Shown here: positions 13,234 to 25,252 of the stretch, piece by piece
How the letters are laid out: each line of letters begins with the position of its first letter
Numbering within the stretch: position 1 is the stretch's first letter
DNA from: Kudoa neothunni
Lineage: Eukaryota; Animalia; Cnidaria
DNA: 64,000 nucleotides
Direction of reading: 5' to 3'
Assembly: GCA_964304625.1 (NCBI GenBank)
Contig: OZ199839.1
Location: forward strand, 4,715,376 to 4,779,375
Notes under the pieces: model-generated
Told to the model about the DNA's origin: nothing
What the model saw: the letters and a program-made list of their open reading frames with translations, nothing else
Databases searched by the model: none
Translations under genes and position numbers: made by a program

Positions 13234-13553
13234 GGCTTAAAGTCCAATATCTGTGCCCGCGTTCGCTAATCTTCGGTACACCTCGTCTATTTTAGCGCAA
13301 TGAATAATTTCAAGAAAATATTCACTTTCGAGGACATTGATAAAATTACATTTATGGAATATAGTTATTTTCGAGAAATGATACTAGTGATGGATTCCAA
13401 AATAAATGTATAATATGTAAAAAATATCGTGGCATTGAATTAAGCACATTATTTAAACTAGTTATGAGGATACAATTAATTTAAAATTGATTCCAACTTT
13501 TACCAATTGTGTATTTTTTGACCGAGCGCGGACACAGATACTGGACTTTAACC
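13234..13553. mobile_element. MITE with ~30-bp TIRs (GG...CC ends; superfamily uncertain)
   Basis: Left end GGCTTAAAGTCCAATATCTGTGCCCGCG versus reverse complement of right end GGTTAAAGTCCAGTATCTGTGTCCGCG. The interior is non-coding and the TSD is only degenerate (aaatttt/aaatatt). Confidence 0.6.
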
Positions 13554-13577
13554 AAATATTTGTTGGTCGTCGTACAA

Positions 13578-14911
13578 TCTATCTACTATAAATATAAAGC
13601 TTAAGTGCTCGTATGTGTCAGAAGTACGCATGTGCGTCCAAATTTTTTCGTTATAAAGAGACATTTATGAAGTTATTTAAAACCACATTGTTCCAAAAAA
13701 TCTTTAAATCACTTTTACAATACCAAATGTTCCCAGAAGTGTTTAGAAAATTGTTATTTTATGGATTCAAAGTTTGTTAAACAGATGGATTACTTGAGTT
13801 CAACAATAGGATTAACATCTGCTTATGATCTGTTGATATCTGACTTTGTATATAAATTTAGTGTGTAAATTTAAATGCTCATGAAGATACACTATGTCGG
13901 GAGTTTTAACCTACAGTAGTGTAGGGATACTACACACTTTTTTGGGACGAAACATTTAGGTGCGTAGTATCCATGTCCGCGCGCGCCGCTGTATTTTGTA
14001 TTTAACGACCATATTTGCCCGGCAATACTAATGGTAACTCGAATATATTTGGGAAAAATCAATAGTAAACACACGAAAAAATAAATATAAGGTGAATAAA
14101 CTATAATAATTCGAAATTATGCAGATTTTTTGAAATAATCGGTTATTTTATCGTTTTTTGGGAATCGTGTCTTATGTTGCAAATAAGAAAGTCTATATTT
14201 ATTTCATTAATAGCGAACTAGTTGAGTATGCGATCATCAGATAGATTGAAGCTTTATAATACAAGAACCATGTCCGTAGATTTCATTGAAATCTTTCGCT
14301 ATGTTTAACTTTACGTGATTAAATTCAGTTCAAGCAGTGTATTTGTATTCCATCTTATTATTTAAAATAGTTTGGTTGATATTGACGCGATTTGTACGCA
14401 TTTTTGAAAAAGAGCGCATTAAAGTTTATGCCGGGCCAAAGGATATTGCTATGAGCAGGAAAAATCAATTTTCGTAAATTCTCTTCTATCTCATCTCAAT
14501 ATCTTTTTCTATTTATTTGTTTCTCGTAAAGAGTGGTGCATCAACTTTCCGAGCCAGGTCAGAATTCAATTTTAAAATCCCAGGATCACAAAGTAACGTT
14601 TTAAATAGAACTTTAAGGTAATTTAAATAGTTCGGGGATGCAAATTAAATGCGACACTGACGTTAAATTATTTAGTTTTGATGCCGGGCCTCAAAATTTT
14701 TGAATGAACGCCGGGATTGGTACACTCCTTCACAGAAATGCTCATAATTTAAATTCCATATTCACGGTCGTTCAAATAAAAAGCTTAACGAAAATTTTTT
14801 CGTTTGATTGAATCTATAGGTTAATTTGAAATATTAATATCTTTTTTGAATGTTATTAAGAAGTTTTTCAATGCTTATTACTCCCAAGCAACGCTGAGCA
14901 GTTCTCGCTAA
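13578..14911 (+). mobile_element. Non-autonomous Helitron-like element
   Basis: 5' end A|TCTATCTACTATAAATATAAAG. 3' degenerate hairpin CCCAAGCAACGCTGAG (14883-14898) followed by CTAA|T (CTRR end, A/T target, no TSD). No Rep/helicase. Confidence 0.55.
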
Positions 14912-15300
14912 TAGTAGATATAGGATTACGCAAACGCATGCGGGGATCGGATCGTATTTTTATTCCTAACGAATCTTACTCACAAAGTTATATAACGATT
15001 GAATTTTGTATGATCTGCTATATTTAATTATTTTTGGCCGGTCACTTTGCTCTTACGGGTCAGAAATAATCATGGTCGAAACAGGTGACACCTGAATATT
15101 ATTTACTATATCAATAGCCATTTCATGCATAAATATATAATTAGTTAATCATCGATATCCAGGAAAAAACTTACGCACATACCTGGGGTGAACACTGTGT
15201 CCATCCCCGAAAAACATCTACTATATAAATGAACAATGAATTATTTATTTAAACGTGTTTTACGTTTTATTAACATTATTCTTTATTCATCACAAGTTAA

Positions 15301-17717
15301 CCCTCCCAGTACCAACTGGGGTATTAAGATACCCCAAATCCACTTTTTTGTTTATAACTCTAGACGATTGGATTATATTTTCCTACGGTTTTAAGAATAC
15401 TTTTAGTATATTATTTCCTATATTCAGATATTAATTAGTCGTTTAATTTAACTTTTATATAACATTTTATACGAAAAAATATTAATAAAAAAATACAAAT
15501 TCGCCCAAAAAAGTGATATAGACCTAAAAGAGGCCTGGCCGTGGAATTAACGATGATTAATCCGCTTATGTGCCGCGTTTTCTTGTAAACGTTGAAGTGA
15601 CTGTGTTAAAATAGACTTTTTAAATAATTTTTTGTTTATTATGGTTAATGAAATAAATTACGAAAATATAGAAAAACTTACGAAAGATTCAACCGATTAT
15701 GATATTTCTGAATCGAATAATTTAAGCAAAGAAGACTTTATTTTTGTCGACTACTATCATTGATGAAATAACAAGGTATACAAATAAATATTGTGAAGAA
15801 ACTAATCCAGAAGGTCATGCAACAATTTCCACTGACGAAATTATAGCATTTATTAGTGTTTTGATTGCCGCTGGACGTTCAAATGACAGGATGCTCTCTC
15901 TGAGAAATGCTTGGGATATCCATCTACTATTTAAACAATTGTTCTCTTCTGCGATACCAACGAACCGATTTTCCTATATCTACTGTAAACTTGGGTTCGA
16001 TGACAAATCGACTAGAGCTGATCGTTTTCAAATAACAAACGATAAATTTGAACCTTGCCGTCAGATGTTTTCTTTGTTTAATGAAAACTGTCAAAAATAC
16101 TACTCCCCAGGACCATTCATTACCGTCGACGATAGGTTGGTTAGGTTTCGCGGTAGATGCCCCTTCGGAGTATACATTAAAAACAAACCTGGAAGATACT
16201 GCATTAAGCTTTGGGTTGCTGCGGATGTAGAAACGTCATACATTCTAAATCTTCAGCCATATACAGGAAAAGTTAATGGAACTAGTCGAGGTGTAACAGT
16301 TGACAACTTTTTTACGTCAGTTCCTCTTGCAACAAAACTCCTAAAAGAAAAGCTTACCTTAACTGGGACCATCAGATCAAACAAGCCAGACCTTCCCAAA
16401 GAGTTTCTAAAATCGCCCGCAAGGGAGGTGTTCTCTTCGATATTCGGATTTTGTGGTGATTTAACATTAACTTCGTATGTTCCGAAGAAGAATTATTCAG
16501 TTAATATTTTGTCCACCCAACACCACGACACATCGATCGAAGATAGCTATCGAAAAAGGCCAGCTGTGATATTACACTACAATAAGACAAAAGGCGGGGT
16601 GGACGGCGGAGATAAAATAACCATGTCATACTCCTGTTCACGGGCTATCCGTAGGTGGCCGCTCAAGATATTTATGGATATCATTGATATGGCCTCATTG
16701 AATGCCTACATTGTATAGACCAAGCAAAATCCTGAATGGAGGAAGAATGATAGGAGCAAAAGACAGCATTTCCTCCGTGAGCTTGCTGTTCAGTTGGCAA
16801 CTCTAAATGTAGTAAATCGCCAAAAGAATTCCACCACCTTATAAAGTCATATAAAATACGGGTTTCAATTTGTTGATAAATCTACAACAAACACCAACTC
16901 TATCGACTGCCAAGAAAATTGCATGCAGCAAATGAAGAGAAATAGATGTCACTTTTGCCCACGAAATAAGGATAAGAAAACCAACGTAGTATGTTTCAGT
17001 TGTCAAATTTTTGTGTAAAACATCGAAAACATAATAATATTATCATAATATGCCTAGGTACAGTTTTCCGAGAAAAATACAAACGATGGGGGCAATTACA
17101 TTAAGTCTAAAAAACGACTTTTAATTTATGCGTTAATTGGCAAAATTAACATCCACAATACAACAAAAAATAAAGTTAATGATAATGTCTGTACATATAT
17201 ATCTCGAGCAATAAATTTTTGTATTTTCATTTCAAGCTCATTTTATAGCCATTAGCATAGAACATTTAATACTTTATGTTTGGTGCAATCATGAAGGCGC
17301 TAAGTTATTTAATGTTTACTCCTTCTTTTTATAGTAATGGAAGCCGAGTCTAACCGAAAACCGTGCATCAAATAGTGGCGGATATGTCGTGTTTGCTATC
17401 AGTTATTGGTAACCTCAAGGATTATGGCATTGCCGATAGTTTTATTTAACTTATATTATTTGTGCCAATAAATATTATGTAAATAGGTGCACATATTTCG
17501 ATGCTGTAATCATGACTCGATAAATGAATAAATTTGTTTATCTGTAGACCAGAAGCTACTATCTTTAAATTGATTTAATGAATTAACCCTTTTATGTGTT
17601 GTATTTTCAATTAATGAATTATATATATTTTGAATAAGTTTAAAGGATTTTTTGTCTGGGGTACGCAAATACCCCAGTTGGGCACACGCGCAATTTTTTA
17701 AGTTGGTACAGGGAGGG
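15301..17717 (+). mobile_element. piggyBac transposon (PGBD4-like), both ends intact, internally deleted transposase
   Basis: TTAA TSDs at 15297-15300 and 17718-17721. 17-bp TIRs CCCTCCCAGTACCAACT/CCCTCCCTGTACCAACT and subterminal GGGGTA-N6-TACCCC palindromes. Confidence 0.95.
15744..17030 (+). pseudogene. piggyBac transposase (PGBD4-like), disrupted
   Basis: ORF 15744-16718 has TVDDRL, TVDNFF, YNKTKGGVDGGD and RRWPLKIF. A premature TAG sits at a conserved Trp (16716). The Cys-rich C-terminal remnant RCHFCPR...CFSC follows. Confidence 0.9.
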
Positions 17718-17750
17718 TTAATTGATCGCACGTACTCTAATTTATGCGGC

Positions 17751-20620
17751 TGTCGTGACTCAACTCACGATTAAGTAATCGTTACGAATAAACAAAATTA
17801 TTCACATCTTTAACAATCGGCATTTGCCGATTGAGGTCGCTAGAAATTTGAACCGTTGGTTTTTTTTGTGCACAAAGAAAGGCTAAAAAATCGCCACATG
17901 GTGTCGAAACCAGGGATCTCATTCAAAATTTCAACAGAACTGTGGAAAAAGTCGACAATCGATACGTAGTATCTTTACCGCGGACGGTCCGCGGTAAAGA
18001 TCTGCCCACAAATTACCATTTGGCTAGAGGATGACTGAAGAGTTTGATAAAACGGATAAGTTGTGACAGATCACTAATAAAAGAATATAATAAAATATTC
18101 GAAACTCAAATGGATCAAGGTGTAATTGAGAAAATTACCGACGAACCACCTACAAAAGATAAATGTCACTACATTCCTCACCATTTTGTTACATCAAATA
18201 GTTCAACAACAAAACTCCGTATTGTTTTTGATGCATCAGCCAAAACAACCAATACTCTGACCATATATCCGATGAAATCAACAAATCAATGTATGTAGAC
18301 AATTTATTGCATTGTTTCCACGATCCAAGTACAGCCTTCAACGCTTACAACACAATAAAAAAGATGTTCTTGGATGTCTCATTCAACATGAGGGAATGGA
18401 ACATTAATTCCAAAGGATTACGCACACAATTCGATCAAAATGATAAAAACGATAGTATAACAGTCAAAATTAAATCACCCAATCTAAATAACAGGAAACA
18501 TGCTGTATCAAAAAGAAATGTCTTAGAAGACATATCTAAAATATGACCCCTTAGGATTAGGTCCCTACAACAATTATGGAGAGAAATAAGAGATTGGGAT
18601 AGCTGCCTGAATGAAATGGAAATCAAAAAATGGAATAAGATCGCATCCGAACTCAACCAAATTGATCATATACAAACTTCAAGAACATTTCCTGTAATTG
18701 TGCCAACAGCCGACGACACACTCAAATTGGTATGCTTTCGTGATGTTTCGCAATACACATACGCTTGTTTCATGGACCTGGTTATTTGCAACAAAGATAA
18801 AAAGGATTTTCTTCTAATTGTTGCCAAGTGTAGACATGATCCAATCAAAATCCTCACAATTTTTAAATTCGAATTAATGGGAGCACATCTTGGATCAAAA
18901 ATGATCAAGTATGTTTGCGAGCAATTGATAACAACAATTTCGGAAAAGCACATGTTATTTGATTCAAAATGTATGCTCCACTGGATCCAAAATCAGAGCT
19001 CCCCTTCAATATTCGCAAGAAATAGAATAAAGGATATTACCGAGGACAAAGAAATTATTTGGAGTCACGTTAGATCAGCCGAAAACCCGGCTGATTTAGA
19101 TACCAGAGGGGAATCTCAACAGATGATATGAATTCCGTGAAATTTTGGTTCGACGGACCAGCTTTCATAACCAGGAATTATAATGAATGGCCAGTTGAAA
19201 ATTTCTCCTTTAATGAACAACAATTGAAACAATTTCCAACACGAATCACCTTCGCACTTCCGTCGAACGATAGCAGAATGACAAACAATTGTGAAATGTT
19301 GAATATCGGAATTGATGTGAAACGATTTTCTGATTTCCACACGTTAGTGAAAACTGTAGCATGGTGCATTCGTTTCATTTCCCATTCAATGAAACGCTAC
19401 GCTTTGTCTGCAAAACCAACTCATGCCGAGTTAAACACCGCAAAACTATTACTAATAAAAAGCCCTCAGGAGACACACTTAAAGAAACAAATTGAGGCCA
19501 TCAACAACAACACAAAAGATAATGTATGTTCAAACTACCCGATTTTCCACCATTACCTGCATTTAGAACTCAACAATTTGCACCCTTCTCTTACACGGGA
19601 GTAGACTACGCTAGTCCATCATTGTATATCATGACAATCAAGAAAGGGAAGTTTGGATATGTGTGTTCTCATGCGCTATCGTGCGAGCTGTTCACTTAGA
19701 GCTAGCATTTACGTTGTGCGGTGAAAACTTTCTAAATTGTCTGAGAAGGTTCATCAGCAGAAGAGGTACACCTAAGATGATGATATCTGATAATGCCAAA
19801 AATTTTAAAATGATGTCTAAAATCCTCTCCAAATTACAAAAGAACAAAGATCTTACACCATCGAACTTAGAAAATTATTGTAACAGAATGAACATCGAAT
19901 GGAGATTTATCGTCGAATTTGCTCATTGGATGGATGGCTTTTATGAAAGCATAATTGGACTAATTAAATCATCATTAAAAAAGACATTAGAGCCTAAGAA
20001 ATACAACATGGAGCAATTTCATACATTAATTGTCGAAATTGAGCACATTATCAACATGAGGCCGCTGACTTACATTTCTTCCGAAGATCTAGAAAGACCA
20101 TTGGTCCCAGCTGATTTCCTCTGCCTAAATCCGAGACACATCAACCTAGAGAATGTAGACAACACCAACGATGATTTCACCTTAAAAATCAATACCACTC
20201 ATAAATCATTGATTGAAACATGGAAAAAGGGACACAATATACTTAATGAATTTTGGAGATCATGAAAAAATGGATATCTTCTCAATCTACGAACGAGATA
20301 TCAAATAAAACACATTCAAAACAAATCGACTGCATTGTTTGATCCCCGAGTAGGTGATATGGTTCACATACAAGAACCCTCAATAAAAAATCATTGGAAA
20401 TTGGCGAAGATCAAACACTTAAATCGAAACGAAAATAATCAAATTATCTCCGCCACATTACAACTTCCCCACAACAAAACCACCAATTGATCAATCAAAT
20501 ACCTATACCCCTTAGAAATAATCCGGGGGGAATGTCGTGACTCAAGTCACGATTAAATAAATATTACGAGTAAACAAAATTATTTACATCTTTGACAATC
20601 GGCATTTGCCGATTGAAGTC
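17751..20620 (+). mobile_element. BEL/Pao LTR retrotransposon, heavily deleted; 3' LTR truncated
   Basis: 5' LTR 17751-17898 (TGT...ACA). PBS TGGTGTCGAAACCAGGGATC at 17899 resembles the tRNA-Phe PBS. Pao pol motifs YIPHH, KLRIVFDAS, MYVDNL, ENPADL, RAVHLEL, ISDNAKNF and RPLTY. PPT GGGGGGAA at 20525-20532. The 3' LTR starts at 20533 and matches the 5' LTR for about 88 bp. Confidence 0.92.
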
Positions 20621-21790
20621 AATAAAAATACAAAAAATAGATTGAAAACCCTTTCAAAACAAGCCATTTATTCTAAATCATACGATGAATATCTATCCTT
20701 TTTAGATGAAATAAAACAAACGAATAACACATACTTTTTGTACCTTTCCAAATGTTGGTTAGGTATTTCTGATATGTGGGTACAATGTCTGAGAAAAAAC
20801 ATAATGACTTTTGGATCCAATACAAACAATAGAATTGAACAAGCCCATGGAAAACTCAAAAGTTTTTTGTCTAAGCAATCTCCATTACCAAATCAGATAG
20901 ATGAAATTCTTCGTTATGTTAATATATTGGATAGCGAATTCACTATCAAAGAATAACAATTATCTATGAACACACATAGGATATCCAATGATGCTGAATT
21001 AAATCAACTCCTCATTCATTTTTCTCCTTACTGTTGGGAAAAGATTTTAGAAAATTTCAATTCCAATAATTATATTACAATGCGGGAATCAAAAACTTAT
21101 TTTTTTGTTCATCTAAAATCAAACTCTGCCATGGTTATTAAAAGTAATGAAACATTCTTCTGCGACTGTCCATTGTTCATACAACATAATCTACCTTGCA
21201 ATCATCTGATCAATCTAATGAAATTATCTATAATAAGTATTGAATCAATTGTTACGACAAGATGGACCAAAAATAACCTTTTAAATGGAAAATCACCCGC
21301 TATATTTCCTGATATTTGCGATGATAATTCACCGTTGTCGAATTCATTTGTTGATAACGAAATGTTATTAGAGGATTCTCCTTCAAAGGATGATAATGTA
21401 AATTTCAAGTTTCGACAAAATAATGAGCTAACTCAAAGAGTGCTGCACACATTAAATTCATTGGGTGGAGAGGAGTATCGGAATTTTTACAATGAGATAT
21501 CCAACTCACTTCAAAATTTTGAAAAAACTGTCACTCATAGTGTTAGTGAAAAAAATGCGCCAAATAAAATAATAACGTTCCAAATGAAAGAGGTTATATC
21601 GAAAGGTAGACCTAGAGTCCCAAAAAATTATTTGAAATTTTCAAAATAACGCTCTGATTAGTTATTCTAATACAAAAAAATATACTTTATCATTTTTATG
21701 AGCTGTTTTGTTTGTAAAAGCGTTGTAACGTACAGAAAAAGCGAAATAAACATAATCCTATAATCCCCCGCGCATGCACCGGTGTAGTGG
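20621..21790 (+). mobile_element. Mutator/MULE transposase 3' remnant with SWIM zinc finger
   Basis: ORFs 20606-20956 and 20966-21649 share a frame, separated by one stop. Motifs YLSKCW...MWV, TNNRIEQAHGKLK, SWIM CDC...LPCNHL and C-terminal KGRP. Ends are poorly defined. Confidence 0.8.
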
Positions 21791-23193
21791 AAAGAGACAC
21801 TATCATATATAAAACCCATGTGTTTTCGGTTAACTCTCAAAATGAACGTCAGCGAGTATTTAAAACTACCTGATGCAATCGTAAATTTCGACTAAATTTA
21901 CGATAATACATTTACTGATATTGTTGCACTTCCGCCTGACAACGTTGGTGTAGTTACTGATGAAGAGGACAGTTATATCCCCATTGGCGATAACATCATC
22001 AGAGACAATGATATCCATGATATTGCGGGCCATGTTGAAATATTTACTACTTTAGGGTACCCAGAAGAAACAGAATTTAATGAAAAGGTTTTATGGGAAA
22101 AATTTATGGATGAATTAATTCCAAAAAGAGAAAACAGGGGTGAACATGTACCAATTCAATATGATCTATACCCAGGTTTTTTTAAATTAAATCTATTATT
22201 TTAACAAAATTTAGATTCTTATGAAATGTATAAGCAATTATTTGATGAAAATCTTGTATTAAAAATAGTTAAGCAGACAAATATTTACCCTTGGCAGAGG
22301 AATGATCATGACTTTCATGTATCTGTTGATGAAATGAAGAATTTCATAGGCATACTTATATTATCTGGTTATCATAACTTACCAAGACAGACAATAGATT
22401 GGAAAACTGCTGAAAACTCTACCGTTCAATTAGTTAAAAAAGCCATGACTTTAAAATGTTTCAAAGAAATTAAATGTTATGTACACTTTGCTGATAACAA
22501 CTCAATCGATGTAAGCGATAAAATGGCTAAACTAAGGCCGTTTATCGATAAATTGAATGCTAATTTTAAAAATTTCTGGATTTTTGATAAAATAAAAATC
22601 AATCGATGAACAAAAGGTGTCTTATTTTGGTATGTACTCGACCAAAATGTTTGTAAAAGGCAAAGTAGTAAGGTTCGGATTCAACTTTTGGATTATGACC
22701 AGCAAGTCTGGTTATATATACAGCTTCAAAATTTATTGCGGTAAAGAAAGAGCAAATAACCAATGTTGTCTCGATGAGAATGTGGTTTTAAATTTTCTAA
22801 AGGATATTGATAATTTAAGTGAAGTGGACCTTTATACTGACAACTTCTTTACATCCTACAAATTACTAAAGTTGTTGAAGGAAATGAATGTGGCGGCTAT
22901 TGGTAGAGTAAGACCAAACCGAACTGGGAAATGTCCTCTTCTATGCTCTAATGTTTATTCCAAAAATAAAAGGGGATATTTCGGACAATATGAAGATTCT
23001 CATCAAATTTATTGTTCCCAATGGAATGACACGATGCCGGTTATTGTAACGAGCAACCACTACACATGTTATTCATTAGTATCCATAAAAAGATACTCCA
23101 AGAAGGATAACAAAAATATAATTATTGACCAACCTCAAATGATACATAAATACAACAAAAACATAGGTGGTGTTGATTTGGCCGATAATGGTA

Positions 23194-24626
23194 CCGGGTT
23201 TTACATCCAAAACCGGACAATGTGCTTTTTAAGCAAAGAACAGCGTGGCAACAAATATAATTAAAATATATATATAATGCCAATACAACGCGTTTCAAAA
23301 GACAAGAAAATTAGCCATTGAGCTTGTAATCAATGAGGGGAATCTCTTTCTTTGGTGTCAGGGGAAATGAAAATTCATAAATCAACCCTTAGTGACATGA
23401 TTAAACGACGTCAAGAACATGAAACTTACGAAGAAGGTGTAAGAGATGGTACACGCCATATAAAATTAACTGACGAAGCAAAAACCCAATTGTTTCAGCT
23501 AATTGAGGACAACTGTACGATCACCTTACAACGGATGATTGAACGCCTTAATTTGGAAGTGTGCCAAACAACCGTATGGAGATGGCTAAAAAAATGAACA
23601 TATCGTTCAAAATGACACGACAAATACCCCAAAGCCGCAATCCTCTTGAGGTTAAACATGAAAGAAGGGATTACGCCAATTGGTATACAAACCTGTCAAT
23701 AAATGTGAGATATGAAAAACTTATATTTATTGACGAAAGCCCCTTCTCGCTTCATTTGCTACGCTCACATGGGCGCTCTCTTGTTGGCACAACCCCCAAT
23801 CCTGTAGTGATTAACAGCAGAGGATCTAACGTCACAATGATCCTCGCTGTGAATGCGATAAGTGTCGTCCACTGTGAAAGCCATTACGGGGGGGGGGCGT
23901 AAATTGTGAAATATTCCAAACATTCCTGACAAAAGTAAGTGATGTTTTGGGAAATGGAGACTTCATTATTGTTATGGATGTTAGCATCGCGCGAGAATAG
24001 CAACTCAATAGTTTAGCTGAATGGAAGTAATAGAGAACGTATTATCAATATAGGAGTTTACTACTATCGTACTAATTAGAATAACGATGATTAATTAATG
24101 TTGGTAGACGACAATACGCCCAGCTGTTTGGGTGTGATCATACGGACTTTATCGTAATGGTGTCCTTTGGGATCATAACAATGGACAACGTCCGATTCCA
24201 TCATTCCAATATAGAATTCCACAACGATTATCCACGTGAAATTAAATACCTGCCCCGATATTCACGGTTTCTGAACCCATGCGAGGAGGTATTTTCACAA
24301 ATAAAAAGTAACACCTGCAAGGATGGTCCTATTCGAGGAAGCAATGATTTAATTCAACGAATGACAGTTTCCACCCAATCTGTGATTGAAAATAATTTGA
24401 AAAACTATTTTTGGCACAGTGAAACGTTTCTAGGTTATTGTCACACTTAAGAGGACGTTCCTAGAAATTAACCTAATTGAAAACATAAATTTCTCAATTT
24501 TATAATATTACATTCATTGCGTCTTTTTTATATGAAATGCAGCGTTAAAGTTCGAATTATTGGCCAATTTAGTAAAACTGCCCGGTTTTGATCGTCACGT
24601 TGTTCGGTTTTGGATGTAAAACTCGG
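23194..24626 (+). mobile_element. IS630/Tc1-mariner superfamily DDE transposon nested in piggyBac
   Basis: TA TSDs at 23192-23193 and 24627-24628. 26-bp TIRs are 24/26 identical (CCGGGTTTTACATCCAAAACCGGACA). The transposase has an HTH region, IFIDESPF, IIVMDNVRFH and YSRFLNPCEEVFSQIK. Confidence 0.93.
23979..24180. mobile_element. Solo LTR (202 bp)
   Basis: TGTTA...TAACA inverted termini with an exact 5-bp TSD ATGGA (23974-23978 and 24181-24185). Removing it restores ATG GAC AAC (MDN) of the host transposase. Confidence 0.88.
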
Positions 24627-25252
24627 TATTGCCAATTATAGAATTTCTATAAGAGGAAAAAAATGATATTGGCCAATTTTCACTAACCTGATATCCATGT
24701 GCGTTGTTAATTCCTGGAAAATTTATAATTCCCTAGCAGACAAACCTACTGATCTTTTAGAGCACACCAGAGCAATCGTGTCAAATTTGATAAAACCGTC
24801 AAATGATATACCTAACAAGAAAAAATCCAAATTATCTCGAATTATTAAACCTAATATGTGCCCAAAGCCCCTAATAACAATTGATAAATCTGGAAAAAGA
24901 CTGAGGTGCGCCATATGCCATAAAATCACCGTATATTTTTGTGAAGGATGCTCCACCAGTTTCCATACAAAATGCTTCGCCCTATTTCGCAGTTGACGAA
25001 TAATTTTCAACATAATGTCGTAATAATATAATTAAAACAATTATTCTTATATAATATTAATTAATTGATTTTTATTTTTGCGCGTGCGCGTTCATGAGGG
25101 TTTTATGTATCGAAAATGGTACATTCATAAAATCGCAATATTTTTAACCTATTATCTCAGTTTAATTTTATATTCAAATTAATAGTTTTCTATTAAAAAC
25201 AATTTTAATTCATATAATTTTTTAATATAGAAACCCTGAATGGGTGGGTTAA

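Larger units (their letters stand above)
21795..25248 (+). mobile_element. piggyBac transposon (PGBD3-like), left end lost, interrupted by an IS630/Tc1-like element
   Basis: Transposase fragments IDEQ, YTDNFFTS, GGVDLAD|IANYRISIRGKK*YWPIF (rejoined across the insertion) and a Cys-rich C-terminus. Right end ...TGGGTGGG|TTAA at 25248-25252. Confidence 0.88.

Noticed and set aside
14921-21790. Possible degenerate MULE TIR pair (GCATGCGGGGAT at ~14936 versus ATCCCCCGCGCATGC at ~21763) enclosing the piggyBac and Pao
   Set aside because: The match is short and gapped with no TSD, so it is not supportable as element boundaries.
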